Position numbers and translations under genes: made by a program. A stretch of DNA of 64,000 nt. Source: Candidatus Thorarchaeota archaeon. GTDB lineage: Archaea > Asgardarchaeota > Thorarchaeia > Thorarchaeales > Thorarchaeaceae. A model generated the notes under the pieces. It did no database searches and was not told the origin of the DNA. It saw only the letters and a program-made list of their open reading frames with translations. Below are positions 9,478-19,252 of the stretch, one piece after another. The first letter of the stretch is position 1; each line of letters begins with the position of its first letter. The DNA lies in assembly GCA_048884785.1 (NCBI GenBank), contig JBHLQM010000001.1:18476-82475 (forward strand), in the 5' to 3' direction.

Positions 9478-9776
9478 GGATATTACACCTCAAATATGCA
9501 GTACAGAATTATGAATTAAGGATACGCCCCACATTTGTGACCGATGAATTGTCCAAAAAGGCTGGTTAGGGATAAATAATTGCCTAAGAAGTTTCTCAGG
9601 AAAAAATCACCCCCAATTCTACTGAAAGAGGGTCTATAAAATCCGATTTCAGTGAAAAAAGCATATTAATGACCAGATAATGATGTCCCCAATAGTGAGA
9701 GTTTTATTACAAGCAAACAATATATTGAAAATGTGTGCATGGTCCATTGTGACTGTGTCACAGGATTAGGATTTAT

Positions 9777-10613
9777 TTGGGAAGTTCTGATGATGTCCTA
9801 ACCGACAAACAAGAAGCTCCAGCTTTCAATATGGAGACTCGCTTAGTTATTCTTCCTCAGAAGACATTATTCCGCCTAAATGGTTCAAAATTCGAAGATA
9901 CCAGACGAATTGTTCGAGGTGTTTTTCTAATAAAGCGACGTCATAGGAAAATCCGTGAAGCCCTTAGCGAGGTACAACATATTCGATTCAAGAGGGCCAA
10001 GGACATCCCGAAAGGCGATTCAAGGAAGCTTAAACCATTTGAGGAGCGAACATTCGCCGTTGTGACCTACTCCTTTGGCGGTGCGTCTGAACAGCAAAAG
10101 AAAAAGATGCAAAGGCTACTTCTTAGGGCACCATGCATCAGAGTTAGGCCGGGTGTCCTGATATTCCCAAATCTCCGTTCCAAGGAAAAGGCTCGCTATT
10201 ATTCCAATGCTGGAGACATCCTTGACTCAAAGAAACTTGCTAGAGAGGCACATCTAATTGGAGCAAGAGTAAATCGGTGGACTCGCCTACGATTAGCTAA
10301 TAGAGAGGCAGAAGAGTACATAGATGCATCCTTCAATGAGATGCTCAAATTGGACCTGGATTCTTTTGAGAAGAAACTGAAACATCTTTCTCAAGAGATG
10401 GACGATCCCTCCATCTCTCAAAAATCCCTCAGACTTCACCTGAATGTGCTTGCCGCGAAATTCATCAAACTCAAGAGGAAATATGGAATCCTCAAGGCAA
10501 TATGGCAATACGATTCACAAAAAGAACTGAAACGAGTATATAATCGAATGCTAAAGACTCGACGAAAGTATCAGGATAGAAATCTACATACCGAATCAGT
10601 AAAAGGTCGCTGA
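9777..10613 (+). CDS. Basic hypothetical protein, possible ChrB-N/PaaX-like nucleic-acid-binding domain
   Basis: 278 aa, very Lys/Arg-rich; FAVVTYSF...KMQRLLLRAPCIRVRPGVLIFP resembles the ChrB-N/PaaX central pattern; helical C-terminus. Confidence 0.6.
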   Translation: MGSSDDVLTDKQEAPAFNMETRLVILPQKTLFRLNGSKFEDTRRIVRGVFLIKRRHRKIREALSEVQHIRFKRAKDIPKGDSRKLKPFEERTFAVVTYSFGGASEQQKKKMQRLLLRAPCIRVRPGVLIFPNLRSKEKARYYSNAGDILDSKKLAREAHLIGARVNRWTRLRLANREAEEYIDASFNEMLKLDLDSFEKKLKHLSQEMDDPSISQKSLRLHLNVLAAKFIKLKRKYGILKAIWQYDSQKELKRVYNRMLKTRRKYQDRNLHTESVKGR

Positions 10614-10639
10614 ACAGATTCTCAGGACTGGCGAAAGTC

Positions 10640-11431
10640 ATGAGAATTGGCGTTGCGCAGATGGAACCTCATGTTTGTGAATCCGAATACAATTTGAAGC
10701 ATCTCTCTGAGATACTAAAGAAGGCAGATTCAGAAGATGTGGATGTGCTCGTTATACCTGAACTAGCAAACTCCGGGTATGCATTTAATTCCTTGAAAGA
10801 GGTTGAAAAATCAGCCGAGGAGATACCAAGTGGAATATTCTCAAATCAGCTCCTTGAATGGTCAGGAAATGAACGATTAGTAGTAGCCGGCATATGTGAG
10901 AAAAAGAATGGGAGATTATACAACTCAGCGGGAATATTCAGCAATGGCAAATTGATGGAAGTATACCGTAAGATACACCTTTTCAGTGAAGAGAAGAGAT
11001 GGTTTACGCCAGGCTCAGTTGAACCTCCAGTAGTAAGACATGGAGAATATAACTTTGGCATCATGATCTGCTGGGATTGGATTTTTCCCGAGGTGTCTAG
11101 AATATTGACATTAAAAGGTGCACAGGTAGTCCTTCACCCAGCAAATCTTGTACTAGCATATTGCCAAGCTGCGATGGTTACTCGTTCAATTGAGAATGGA
11201 ATCTTCACAGCAACGGCAAATAGAATAGGCACCGAGAGAGAGTTGATGTTTTCAGGAAAGTCACAAATAACCGATACGCGAGGCAAAGTGCTTATCTCGA
11301 TGCCTGACGGAATAACCGGAGTTTATTCTGCAGACATCAGCCCTTCTGAGGCAGACAATAAACACATGACCAAGAAAAACCATTTACTAAACGACCGAAG
11401 GCCTGACTTATACTCAAGGATTGCTACCTAG
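10640..11431 (+). CDS. Carbon-nitrogen hydrolase (nitrilase superfamily)
   Basis: Catalytic triad contexts PEL, YRKIHL and ICWD. Confidence 0.92.
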   Translation: MRIGVAQMEPHVCESEYNLKHLSEILKKADSEDVDVLVIPELANSGYAFNSLKEVEKSAEEIPSGIFSNQLLEWSGNERLVVAGICEKKNGRLYNSAGIFSNGKLMEVYRKIHLFSEEKRWFTPGSVEPPVVRHGEYNFGIMICWDWIFPEVSRILTLKGAQVVLHPANLVLAYCQAAMVTRSIENGIFTATANRIGTERELMFSGKSQITDTRGKVLISMPDGITGVYSADISPSEADNKHMTKKNHLLNDRRPDLYSRIAT

Positions 11432-11795
11432 GGTTTCTGACTTTGTCCGGTATGCGACCGCGCCATTTATTGGCTGGATATTTGCTTTTGTTTTTCTCAA
11501 GTTTTTCGAGGATTGCTTTTGTTGGTTCAATTCCGGTAGTATCTGCTAGGCGTAGCATGTAAATTATGACATCAGCCATCTCATCGGCAATACTCTTCCT
11601 ATATTCCTCACTTCTAAGCAGGTTGTCTATTTCCTCATGTGTAAGCCATTGGAATCGTTCAAGCAGCTCACCTAGTTCAATTGCAGCAGAAACAGCCAGT
11701 GAGGAGGGTTTTTGAAATCCTTCCCACCCTCGTTCTTGAATGAATTCTCGGATGAGGATTGTGAGATTCTCTAGAGTGAGATCCTCATCGTTCAT
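11424..11795 (-). CDS. MazG-like nucleotide pyrophosphohydrolase (DCTPP1/RS21-C6-like)
   Basis: ERGW..FQKP..L, ELGELLERFQW, DEMADV, KLEKNKSKYP. Confidence 0.88.
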   Translation of the reverse strand: MNDEDLTLENLTILIREFIQERGWEGFQKPSSLAVSAAIELGELLERFQWLTHEEIDNLLRSEEYRKSIADEMADVIIYMLRLADTTGIEPTKAILEKLEKNKSKYPANKWRGRIPDKVRNPR

Positions 11796-11806
11796 TCAAA
11801 ACACCA

Positions 11807-12340
11807 CTACTTTTTCGGTTCTGCGGAAAAGGTTCTTTGAATTAACCATAGAGTGTAGATTGAGAAAGCAACAATAACTGCTGCAAGCAGAATTACAGAG
11901 GTATTGGAGCCTGGTATCAGCGATACTCCAGTAGTAATCATTAGTATTGCATCCCAAACACCTGCGGCAGCCGAAACAATTACGACGATTAAATTCGTAA
12001 GCCCACCCCAACGTAGTCTTGAGCCTTCTGCTCCAGTCCAGACCTTGATTGAATTGATTGATGCAACTGCCACCAAGACCAACAATAGATATGTGGCAAG
12101 CAGGTAGTAAACCCACTGAGACCAGATTGCTGGGGGCGTAAGCAGCGATAAACTGAGCCCTAGAACGATTAGAATGAAGGCTGTCTTTGGCCACGGATCA
12201 TGGACGAAGGAACTAACACGCTCAGCAGGTGTTGCGTAGGAGCGCTCCTCATAGGAATCATTGTCGTCAGGGAATGTATCATCCTCGTCATCATACTCAT
12301 CATCTTCAAATTCATCAAAATCTTCGTTGGAGTCGTACAT
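11807..12340 (-). CDS. Membrane protein with acidic N-terminal tail
   Basis: Asp/Glu-rich first ~30 aa followed by four hydrophobic helices. Confidence 0.8.
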   Translation of the reverse strand: MYDSNEDFDEFEDDEYDDEDDTFPDDNDSYEERSYATPAERVSSFVHDPWPKTAFILIVLGLSLSLLTPPAIWSQWVYYLLATYLLLVLVAVASINSIKVWTGAEGSRLRWGGLTNLIVVIVSAAAGVWDAILMITTGVSLIPGSNTSVILLAAVIVAFSIYTLWLIQRTFSAEPKK

Positions 12341-12457
12341 TCGTATAGCCTCGTTCTTGCATCTTGATTTCGTTTTAACGTCCTCGTTAAAACCTTATTG
12401 TCAGAGAGAGATTCCGTCATGAATATCATTAAAACAACAAACTGATTCGAGCCATAC

Positions 12458-13066
12458 ATGTCATCTGATGGTCTTTCTTTCGATAAGCTGCTGCAAGAAG
12501 CAAGACTATTGCGACAGAGCGGCGAGAATAAGAAGGCCATAGAAGTGTATCGCCGAGCCTTGGAGATAAAACCTGAGTCTATTGTAGCGCTAAATGAAAT
12601 GGGAGTGACACATATCCGCATTGGAGAACAAGCTGAAGCCATTATGGTATTTGATACGGCCATTTCAATCAAACCCGATGAAGCTTCATCTCATATCAAC
12701 AAAGTCGAAGCATTCCTTACACTTGGTTCATTTGAAGAAGCCTTGATTTCCGCCGATATTGGACTTATTGTAGCTCCGACAAATGCAGTATTGCATGAAA
12801 AGAGAGCACGAGCCTTAGAGAGTTTACTTCGAATACCAGAGGCTGTGGATGCATTCAACGAATCAATCAGATATGATTCGGAGAATCCTGAAACTTGGAA
12901 AGCTCTTGCTCTGTGTCTCGATGCCCAAGCGAAGTGGGTTGAAGTTGCCAGGGCGTATAGAATAGCCGGCTCTTTGCATCAAAAAAGAGGAGAACTTAGG
13001 GATGCTGAGAGTTGTTTCAAGTTTGCTGAGATGGCAGAGAAATCCTCTTCCGATGAAATGGCATAG
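12458..13066 (+). CDS. TPR-repeat protein
   Basis: Repeated TPR motifs (AIEVYRRALEIKP, AVDAFNESIRYDS). Confidence 0.87.
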   Translation: MSSDGLSFDKLLQEARLLRQSGENKKAIEVYRRALEIKPESIVALNEMGVTHIRIGEQAEAIMVFDTAISIKPDEASSHINKVEAFLTLGSFEEALISADIGLIVAPTNAVLHEKRARALESLLRIPEAVDAFNESIRYDSENPETWKALALCLDAQAKWVEVARAYRIAGSLHQKRGELRDAESCFKFAEMAEKSSSDEMA

Positions 13067-13084
13067 TTCATGAAAAAGACATTG

Positions 13085-13114
13085 GTGACTTGAGAACTCT
13101 GCTTCTCAAGTCAC
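13085..13114. terminator. Perfect 12-bp inverted repeat between convergent genes
   Basis: GTGACTTGAGAA-ctctgc-TTCTCAAGTCAC. Confidence 0.65.
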
Positions 13115-13121
13115 ATGGTTT

Positions 13122-14834
13122 CTATTTCGTCTTCCGGGTTTTTCTTCGTTTAGTGCTTTTGCGACTAGTTAGCATACCCTTCTTGTATGCGACTGCACCG
13201 CCTCCACCGCAAATAATTCCAATGCCAGCAACTGCAAGCCAAATCCCGAATTCTGCCAGGAATTGGGCAAGAGGATCAGTTGGTGGTGGGGTTGTTGTCG
13301 TCGGTGTGGGCGTGGTAGTCGGAGAAGCAATAGAATTGCGAACTCTTATGACCATGGGAAGACCAGTGTGCCAAACAGCACCAACTCTAACTCGTCCGAC
13401 AACAGTTATGTTTGTCATATCGGCCTGAGCTGGAATCACTTGGAAGTAGTTCTCCATTTCTTCCTCTTGTGACATATAGATATTCTCTAGGATAGAGGTG
13501 TTTGTCCAAGTACCTTCATTCACCTTAACGTCGAGTTCAACGTCATCAACGTTCTCCGAGCCATTTAGCATGTGTGCGAAAACTGTCACATTGATGACAG
13601 AGATACTGGTGGGAATGTTAGGAGTCCAGTATACGTTCACATCATCAAGAGATTCTGCACCAGCAATTTCCCAATCGAAATCATAGATTTGCTGATACCA
13701 CTGTGCAATCCCCTCATGTTCTATTATAACACCTGCTTCTCTGTTTTCGGTAATGCTATCATCACTGTAGTTTATGCTGCTAATTAGCACTATCTGACCA
13801 TCAACGATAATGCCCTTATTGTGGTTTGCCGTGAACCATCGTGTATCTTGCCACACGATTGGGATTCCATGTTCCACGAAGAGTTCTTCAACGATTTCCC
13901 AATCATATTCTTCTTCGGATATAACACGAACTGTAACTCCACGTTCTCTGGCTGCAAGAATAGCATCCACAATTTGGTTGACAGATCCTCCCTCATCAAC
14001 ATTTGTGAAGTATGGAATTTGAATATCCAAAGTAGCTTGAGCAGAATTGATACAATAAAGAATTCCATCAAGACTTGTATCGGGACTAAAGATTGGTGTC
14101 ACCTTCATTGAACCGCTGAATTCTCCTGCCGTGGCAAAAGGTGCCGGGTAAGTGCTTGTAGCAGTAGGTAGAGTCAGGGCATCACCCGTTCCATGGGTGC
14201 CTGCGTCATAGACTGTTCCATTCTTCCAATCACCATCAAAAACTGCACGGTAATAACCAGTAACATCACTGTCGGTCATCGCGATACTCCATTCTCTGTT
14301 GGCTTTGTATCCGTCTTGGGGGAAGCTTGTTTTAGCCCAATTTCCAGAATGGACAATGGTTGTTTCATTATCAATGATAACGAATTTCTGATGTGCAAGT
14401 TTAAAATCATCAGAATTTGTCCATTTGACTTCATACCCTAACTCCGTTAGGTTGTTAGCTACATATTTGTTAGGAGTTGGATAGCCGAGACTATTCCATC
14501 CAATTAAGAACTTCATATCTAGAGATGGTTTTGTATCGTGGAGTTCGTGAATGAGATCTAGAATGAATGGGTCATTGATTCCATAAATCTCTATATAGAT
14601 GCTCTCTTCTGCTGAATTCAGGAAATGAAAGAGTGCATCTTGACTTCCATCTGGTGATGTGAATGTTGTTACATTCATATTTTTCTCAAAGGTTTGCCAA
14701 GTGTGTGTCTGTGCGACTAGTACCGACTCACTCATACTAGGTGTAGTAGTTGGTGTTACAGCCAACGGTGTACCGGACAGTGCTATTAGAAATACAATTG
14801 ACATTCCAAGAACAATGTGGTGGGTCTTACTCAT
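13122..14834 (-). CDS. Surface-anchored phospholipase D-superfamily protein
   Basis: Signal peptide; two HKD motifs (HQKFVIID, HNKGIIVD); Thr/Pro linker; C-terminal TM helix and basic tail. Confidence 0.9.
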   Translation of the reverse strand: MSKTHHIVLGMSIVFLIALSGTPLAVTPTTTPSMSESVLVAQTHTWQTFEKNMNVTTFTSPDGSQDALFHFLNSAEESIYIEIYGINDPFILDLIHELHDTKPSLDMKFLIGWNSLGYPTPNKYVANNLTELGYEVKWTNSDDFKLAHQKFVIIDNETTIVHSGNWAKTSFPQDGYKANREWSIAMTDSDVTGYYRAVFDGDWKNGTVYDAGTHGTGDALTLPTATSTYPAPFATAGEFSGSMKVTPIFSPDTSLDGILYCINSAQATLDIQIPYFTNVDEGGSVNQIVDAILAARERGVTVRVISEEEYDWEIVEELFVEHGIPIVWQDTRWFTANHNKGIIVDGQIVLISSINYSDDSITENREAGVIIEHEGIAQWYQQIYDFDWEIAGAESLDDVNVYWTPNIPTSISVINVTVFAHMLNGSENVDDVELDVKVNEGTWTNTSILENIYMSQEEEMENYFQVIPAQADMTNITVVGRVRVGAVWHTGLPMVIRVRNSIASPTTTPTPTTTTPPPTDPLAQFLAEFGIWLAVAGIGIICGGGGAVAYKKGMLTSRKSTKRRKTRKTK

Positions 14835-14930
14835 CTTTTTCTCCTCAGGTCCACATTCAGACTAAATTCCGAACGTACTGGTTAGACTTATACCTTACTC
14901 AATGGTATTAAACTACAAGAGGAGTTCACC

Positions 14931-15188
14931 TTGAAATTGTTCTACAGACTAGATCCAGACAAGTACAGGGATGCACTTGACAAGATTAAGAATGAGTATG
15001 ATATGCACGAGGAAGTCGATGAAGCAAAAACGATGCTTCTGCTTAACACCGAGGATAAGATAGAACTCGTTTCCGGAATGTATGATCCGGCTGAGGATGA
15101 TGTTGCTACAATTAGAGTAGTCCTAGTTGACGAATCCCTCAAAGGATTCTTTGATTCAGTACTAGGTGAACCATACAAAGTAAGATAA
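14931..15188 (+). CDS. Small hypothetical protein (85 aa)
   Basis: TTG start after GAGGAG SD; globular acidic composition. Confidence 0.75.
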   Translation: MKLFYRLDPDKYRDALDKIKNEYDMHEEVDEAKTMLLLNTEDKIELVSGMYDPAEDDVATIRVVLVDESLKGFFDSVLGEPYKVR

Positions 15189-15200
15189 AACAAGTATCGA

Positions 15201-15244
15201 CGACAGGGAGCACTTCCGTAAAGTTGGAAGCAACTCCCATGTCG
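15201..15244. terminator. Multi-segment stem-loop between convergent genes
   Basis: CGACA-GGGAG-ca-CTTCC-loop-GGAAG-caa-CTCCC-a-TGTCG; a second hairpin at ~15248-15274. Confidence 0.55.
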
Positions 15245-15289
15245 AGTTACCAATACCAAAATCTGGCATTGGTAGTCTATTGTTCTGGA

Positions 15290-15469
15290 TTATTCCTCGA
15301 TAGCGCCTTCGGGGCAGCTGTCTACACATGCATAGCACTCGGTGCATTCGTCTGCTCTGGCAACCTGATATACTGCTTTGTCGTTGACGACGTATAGAGT
15401 CGGATCAACAGGACAAACATCAGCACAGGTTCCACAGGCTGTACAATTGTCATTTACCTTCCAGATCAT
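15290..15469 (-). CDS. 2[4Fe-4S] ferredoxin, 59 aa (not in ORF track)
   Basis: MIWKVNDNCTACGTCADVCPVDPTLYVVNDKAVYQVARADECTECYACVDSCPEGAIEE: two CxxCxxCxxxCP motifs; TTTAAAT TATA-like box upstream at ~15533-15539. Confidence 0.93.
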   Translation of the reverse strand: MIWKVNDNCTACGTCADVCPVDPTLYVVNDKAVYQVARADECTECYACVDSCPEGAIEE

Positions 15470-15677
15470 CGTTGGTCACTTCTTTGTTGGACTCTTTGTG
15501 AATCCTTCGACAGTTTTGCGCAGACTCTTCCCATTTAAACTTCGGGGTTTGTAAAGCAAGTCTCCTATAGAAGCAATCGAGGCATTGTTGTAGTAGGAAT
15601 ATTCAAAAGGACCTCAAATTCGAGGTCGGAAGATTGACAACGAGTCCCAGTGCAGTGACTGAACCAGGTGATTAGTT

Positions 15678-17024
15678 TTGGTTGAATCCTTTGTCGATGA
15701 GCGCCAAGCGGGTAAATTTGCCCGCCGACTAGGTCTCATCGGAGCAACTAACATTGGCTTAGGCGCGATGTTAGGCGGCGGTATCTATGTCATATCAGGT
15801 ACGGCTGCAGGAATGGTTGGTCCAAGTCTAGTCATTGCCTATTTAGTGACCGGGCTTATCACCGTGTTCACCGCAATTAATTATGCAGAGCTAGCATGTT
15901 CAATACCAAAGCAAGGCGGAGGGTATACATTTGCCAATGATACCATTGGGGGGTTTCCGGGATTTCTTACAGGTTGGTTCCTTTTCATTGGTAATGTTGT
16001 GGCATGTGGCTTGTACTCTCTTGCAGTCGCACACACTTTTGTTGCATTCATTCCTGATGCTACCGAATCGACGGTGGGTTTCTTTGCGATTATTATCATC
16101 TTTATCACATTTCTCACTAATATCATAAGCATCAAGGGTGTATCTGGGGTTCTGGGGATACTGAATATAATTCAGTCAATAGTCTTGTTCTCATTCATCT
16201 TGATTGGCTTCTTCTTCATCCAGCCATCAAATCTAGATCCATTCATTCCTGATTTTGTTGGAATACCGCAATTCATGACTGCGGTTTCATTCATATACAT
16301 CAGCTTTGTTGGCTTCGAATTGATCACAACTGCATCTGAAGAGATCAAAGATCCGGCAAGAAACATACCCCGGGCAATCATGTTGACCCTAGCCATAGCA
16401 ACCACTGTCTATATGGCCGCAGCTCTTGTAATTGTTGGAGCGGTGAATTATACTGAGGTTTCTACTACAAGTACTCCTATTGCCGATGTCTTTGGCTTCA
16501 TGCTCGGACCTGGAGCTCGATACGTTGGCTTGGCCGGGATGGCGGCATCCAATTATGCCGCTCTTAATGCAACATTTTTGGCAACAGCTCGTGTTGCATA
16601 CTCAATGGGTAGAGACAGATTCTTTCCTGCCGTTCTTGACCGTGTCAATCCGCGGTTCAAAACTCCGATTCCAGCATTAATCACAGCTCTAATCCTTGTA
16701 AGTGTATTCGCCCTGCCGGGGGATGTATCTCTGGTTGCATCGCTATCAGACTTCGGGTACCTTGTAGGTCTATCAATTGTGAATGCCTCTGTTATTATGC
16801 TTCACAGAAAAGGACTAAGTGTACCAGGAACGTTCAAGGCACCTTGGTTTCCGGCAATACCAATTCTTGGCGTGATAACATGCCTCATCCTTGTGCCAAG
16901 TCTGCACTATGAAACTCTTCTATTGGGTGCATTATTGACAATCATCGGCCTGATTGTGTATGGGTTATACGGAGGCAGAAGAAATCGATCCTACGTACTC
17001 CTTACAAATGGCGAGGACATCTAA
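15678..17024 (+). CDS. APC-family amino acid permease
   Basis: GAMLGGGIY, YAELACSIPKQGGGY, FVGFE..SEEIKDPARNIPRAI; about 12 TM helices. Confidence 0.93.
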   Translation: MVESFVDERQAGKFARRLGLIGATNIGLGAMLGGGIYVISGTAAGMVGPSLVIAYLVTGLITVFTAINYAELACSIPKQGGGYTFANDTIGGFPGFLTGWFLFIGNVVACGLYSLAVAHTFVAFIPDATESTVGFFAIIIIFITFLTNIISIKGVSGVLGILNIIQSIVLFSFILIGFFFIQPSNLDPFIPDFVGIPQFMTAVSFIYISFVGFELITTASEEIKDPARNIPRAIMLTLAIATTVYMAAALVIVGAVNYTEVSTTSTPIADVFGFMLGPGARYVGLAGMAASNYAALNATFLATARVAYSMGRDRFFPAVLDRVNPRFKTPIPALITALILVSVFALPGDVSLVASLSDFGYLVGLSIVNASVIMLHRKGLSVPGTFKAPWFPAIPILGVITCLILVPSLHYETLLLGALLTIIGLIVYGLYGGRRNRSYVLLTNGEDI

Positions 17025-17257
17025 CCGCCGACTGTAATGAAAGACTCGAAGTCATCAATCTCGGGCATTAATGATATTCTTTCAATAAACTCCCTGTAGA
17101 ACTCAAGGCTTGGAACAGTAACCCAAGCAATAACATCGATTTTCCCATCGCGGATTGTGTGTGCCTCGAGCACCTCGCTCTGTGCTCTCAGTTCTTGAGT
17201 GATCTTCTTTGCCTGGCCTTTTTTAGCTTTTACCGTAAAGAGCACTTTGATGGACAT
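17021..17257 (-). CDS. Stand-alone Lrp/AsnC ligand-binding (RAM) domain protein
   Basis: EVLEAHTIRDGKIDVIAWV pattern, no HTH; start at MSIKVLF after AAGGA. Confidence 0.72.
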   Translation of the reverse strand: MSIKVLFTVKAKKGQAKKITQELRAQSEVLEAHTIRDGKIDVIAWVTVPSLEFYREFIERISLMPEIDDFESFITVGG

Positions 17258-17313
17258 GTTCCTTTTAGAATGCAAAAGGAGCATAAGATTCCTTCTATTA
17301 TGGGAAAATGAAA

Positions 17314-19122
17314 TTAAATTGGATCTTCTTTATCAAGCCATTCACGCAGAGTCTTTGCACTAGCTAGTGACATACCTTCTGCCTTTGCGAGCTGCTCGGC
17401 GGTTGCTTTACGCACTTCATCATAGCTTCCGAAGTGAAGCAATAGTGCTTGACGGCGTTTTGGACCGATTCCAGGCGCCTCCTCAAGAATTGAGCCACTG
17501 AATCTCTTCTCTCTTAGCTTATGGTGGTACTTCTGCGCAAATCGATGAGCCTCATCACGTACGTGTTGAACTAGCTTGAGACCATCTGAATCTGCATCAA
17601 GAAAAACACCATCCATATTATCTCGAGTAAAGAGAGTTTCTTCCCTCTTTGCTATTGCAGCCACATGAAGGTATTCAAGTCCCAGCTCACCGAGAGCTTT
17701 CAATGCAACATTAAGCTGACCCTTTCCGCCATCAACAATGATTAAATCAGGTAGGGCCTTTCCTTCTTCTAGTCTTCCTCGATATCTTCGGACAATCACT
17801 TCATGCATCATTGTATAATCATCAGGTGTTTCTTTGGACCGTATTCTAAACATACGATAGCTCCTATTTGCTGGCTCGCCATTTCTAAAGACTACACATG
17901 ATCCCGTCGGGTCGGTTCCCTGAATGTTCGCAATATCGAATCCCTCAATGTGAAGGGGTGCACGAGAGAGACGCAGCGCCTCCTTGAGCTCCTTCACTCC
18001 GTCATTGACAATCTCCTCATCACTCTCACCAAGAATCAGAATCTTTCGTAGTTGTCGATATGCGTTCTTGTTGGCCATCTCCACAAGCTCAAGTCTTTTA
18101 CCCTTATCTGGAACAATAAGCTTGACAGGAGAGCAAGCAGTCTCTTCCAGCCAACCCTCTAGTTTCCTCATATCAGTTATTTCAACGGGCATCAGTATTT
18201 CTTCAGGTATTTTGGGGAGCATGAAATAGAACTGCTCAACAAATGTGGTGAGTACATCAGCATCTGTGGAATCCATGTTCTCCTCGAAATAGAAACTATC
18301 TTGGCCAATAAGGCGTCCTCCTCTAACTAGAAGCATCTCAATCAGCGCAGCCTCTTCTGTCCGAGCTATTCCAAGGATATCTCTGTTTACACCACCTGTG
18401 TCAACCATCTTCTGTCCTCGCATGATTATCTCGATATCCTGAAGGCGGTCTCTTACTTCTGCTGCTTTTTCGAACTCAAGATTTCTCGATGCCTCTTCCA
18501 TTTGACCGTGAATCATCTCCGTCAATTGCTCTGATTGTCCATCTAGAAACAGACACATCTGCTCGATGAGGAGTTTGTAATCATCTTTAGGAATCAGATT
18601 CTGACAGATACCTTTGCACCTCTCTAGATGATAATCCATGCAGACCCTCTTCATCTTGGTTGGGTCGGGACACATAGCAATAGGTATGTACTTACGTATG
18701 GTGTCCAGGAATTTCTCCAGTCGCTTTGTGCTTCTATATGGTCCGAAGTACCTGGCACCATCTTTCTCAACGTCTCGAGTTACGAAGAAGGTGGGTTTCT
18801 CGGATTCGAGGTCTACTCGTATCCAAGCATGTTTTCTATCATCCTTGAGAGCTCTATTGAACTTTGGCTGGTGCTTTTTTATTAGTGTTGCCTCAAGGAT
18901 GAGTGCTTCACGTTCATTGTTAGTCACGATTGTCTCCAAATCTCGAGCTCTCTGCATCAATTCCCATGTTTGTCTCTCGTGATGGTTGCGCAGATACGAT
19001 CCAACTCTCTTTCTGAGTTCCTTGGCCTTGCCAATGTAAAGAATTTCGCCCTTTTCATCCTTCCAGAGATATACTCCTGGCTGGAGAGGGAGATCCTTCA
19101 CAAGTGTATCAAGGTCCGACAC
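17314..19122 (-). CDS. uvrC: Excinuclease ABC subunit C
   Basis: GIY-YIG (GVY...YIGKAK), UVR domain (FEKAAEVRD), RNase H-like (IEGFDI, DGGKGQL, RDEAHRFA), C-terminal HhH. Confidence 0.97.
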   Translation of the reverse strand: MSDLDTLVKDLPLQPGVYLWKDEKGEILYIGKAKELRKRVGSYLRNHHERQTWELMQRARDLETIVTNNEREALILEATLIKKHQPKFNRALKDDRKHAWIRVDLESEKPTFFVTRDVEKDGARYFGPYRSTKRLEKFLDTIRKYIPIAMCPDPTKMKRVCMDYHLERCKGICQNLIPKDDYKLLIEQMCLFLDGQSEQLTEMIHGQMEEASRNLEFEKAAEVRDRLQDIEIIMRGQKMVDTGGVNRDILGIARTEEAALIEMLLVRGGRLIGQDSFYFEENMDSTDADVLTTFVEQFYFMLPKIPEEILMPVEITDMRKLEGWLEETACSPVKLIVPDKGKRLELVEMANKNAYRQLRKILILGESDEEIVNDGVKELKEALRLSRAPLHIEGFDIANIQGTDPTGSCVVFRNGEPANRSYRMFRIRSKETPDDYTMMHEVIVRRYRGRLEEGKALPDLIIVDGGKGQLNVALKALGELGLEYLHVAAIAKREETLFTRDNMDGVFLDADSDGLKLVQHVRDEAHRFAQKYHHKLREKRFSGSILEEAPGIGPKRRQALLLHFGSYDEVRKATAEQLAKAEGMSLASAKTLREWLDKEDPI

Positions 19123-19252
19123 GATAGCTCAACCCAATTAATGATTTACCCTACAAGAGAGCTTTGATATTACCCTAATCAACGCAGCGAATGATGAAAA
19201 AGTTCAGACGATATGGCGCGAAAAATGATGCTTCACTGGATTGATTCTCATT

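Noticed and set aside
15201-15274. Hairpins downstream of the ferredoxin as a SECIS element
   Set aside because: Neither flanking gene has an in-frame TGA at a Cys position, and no SECIS core was recognised.
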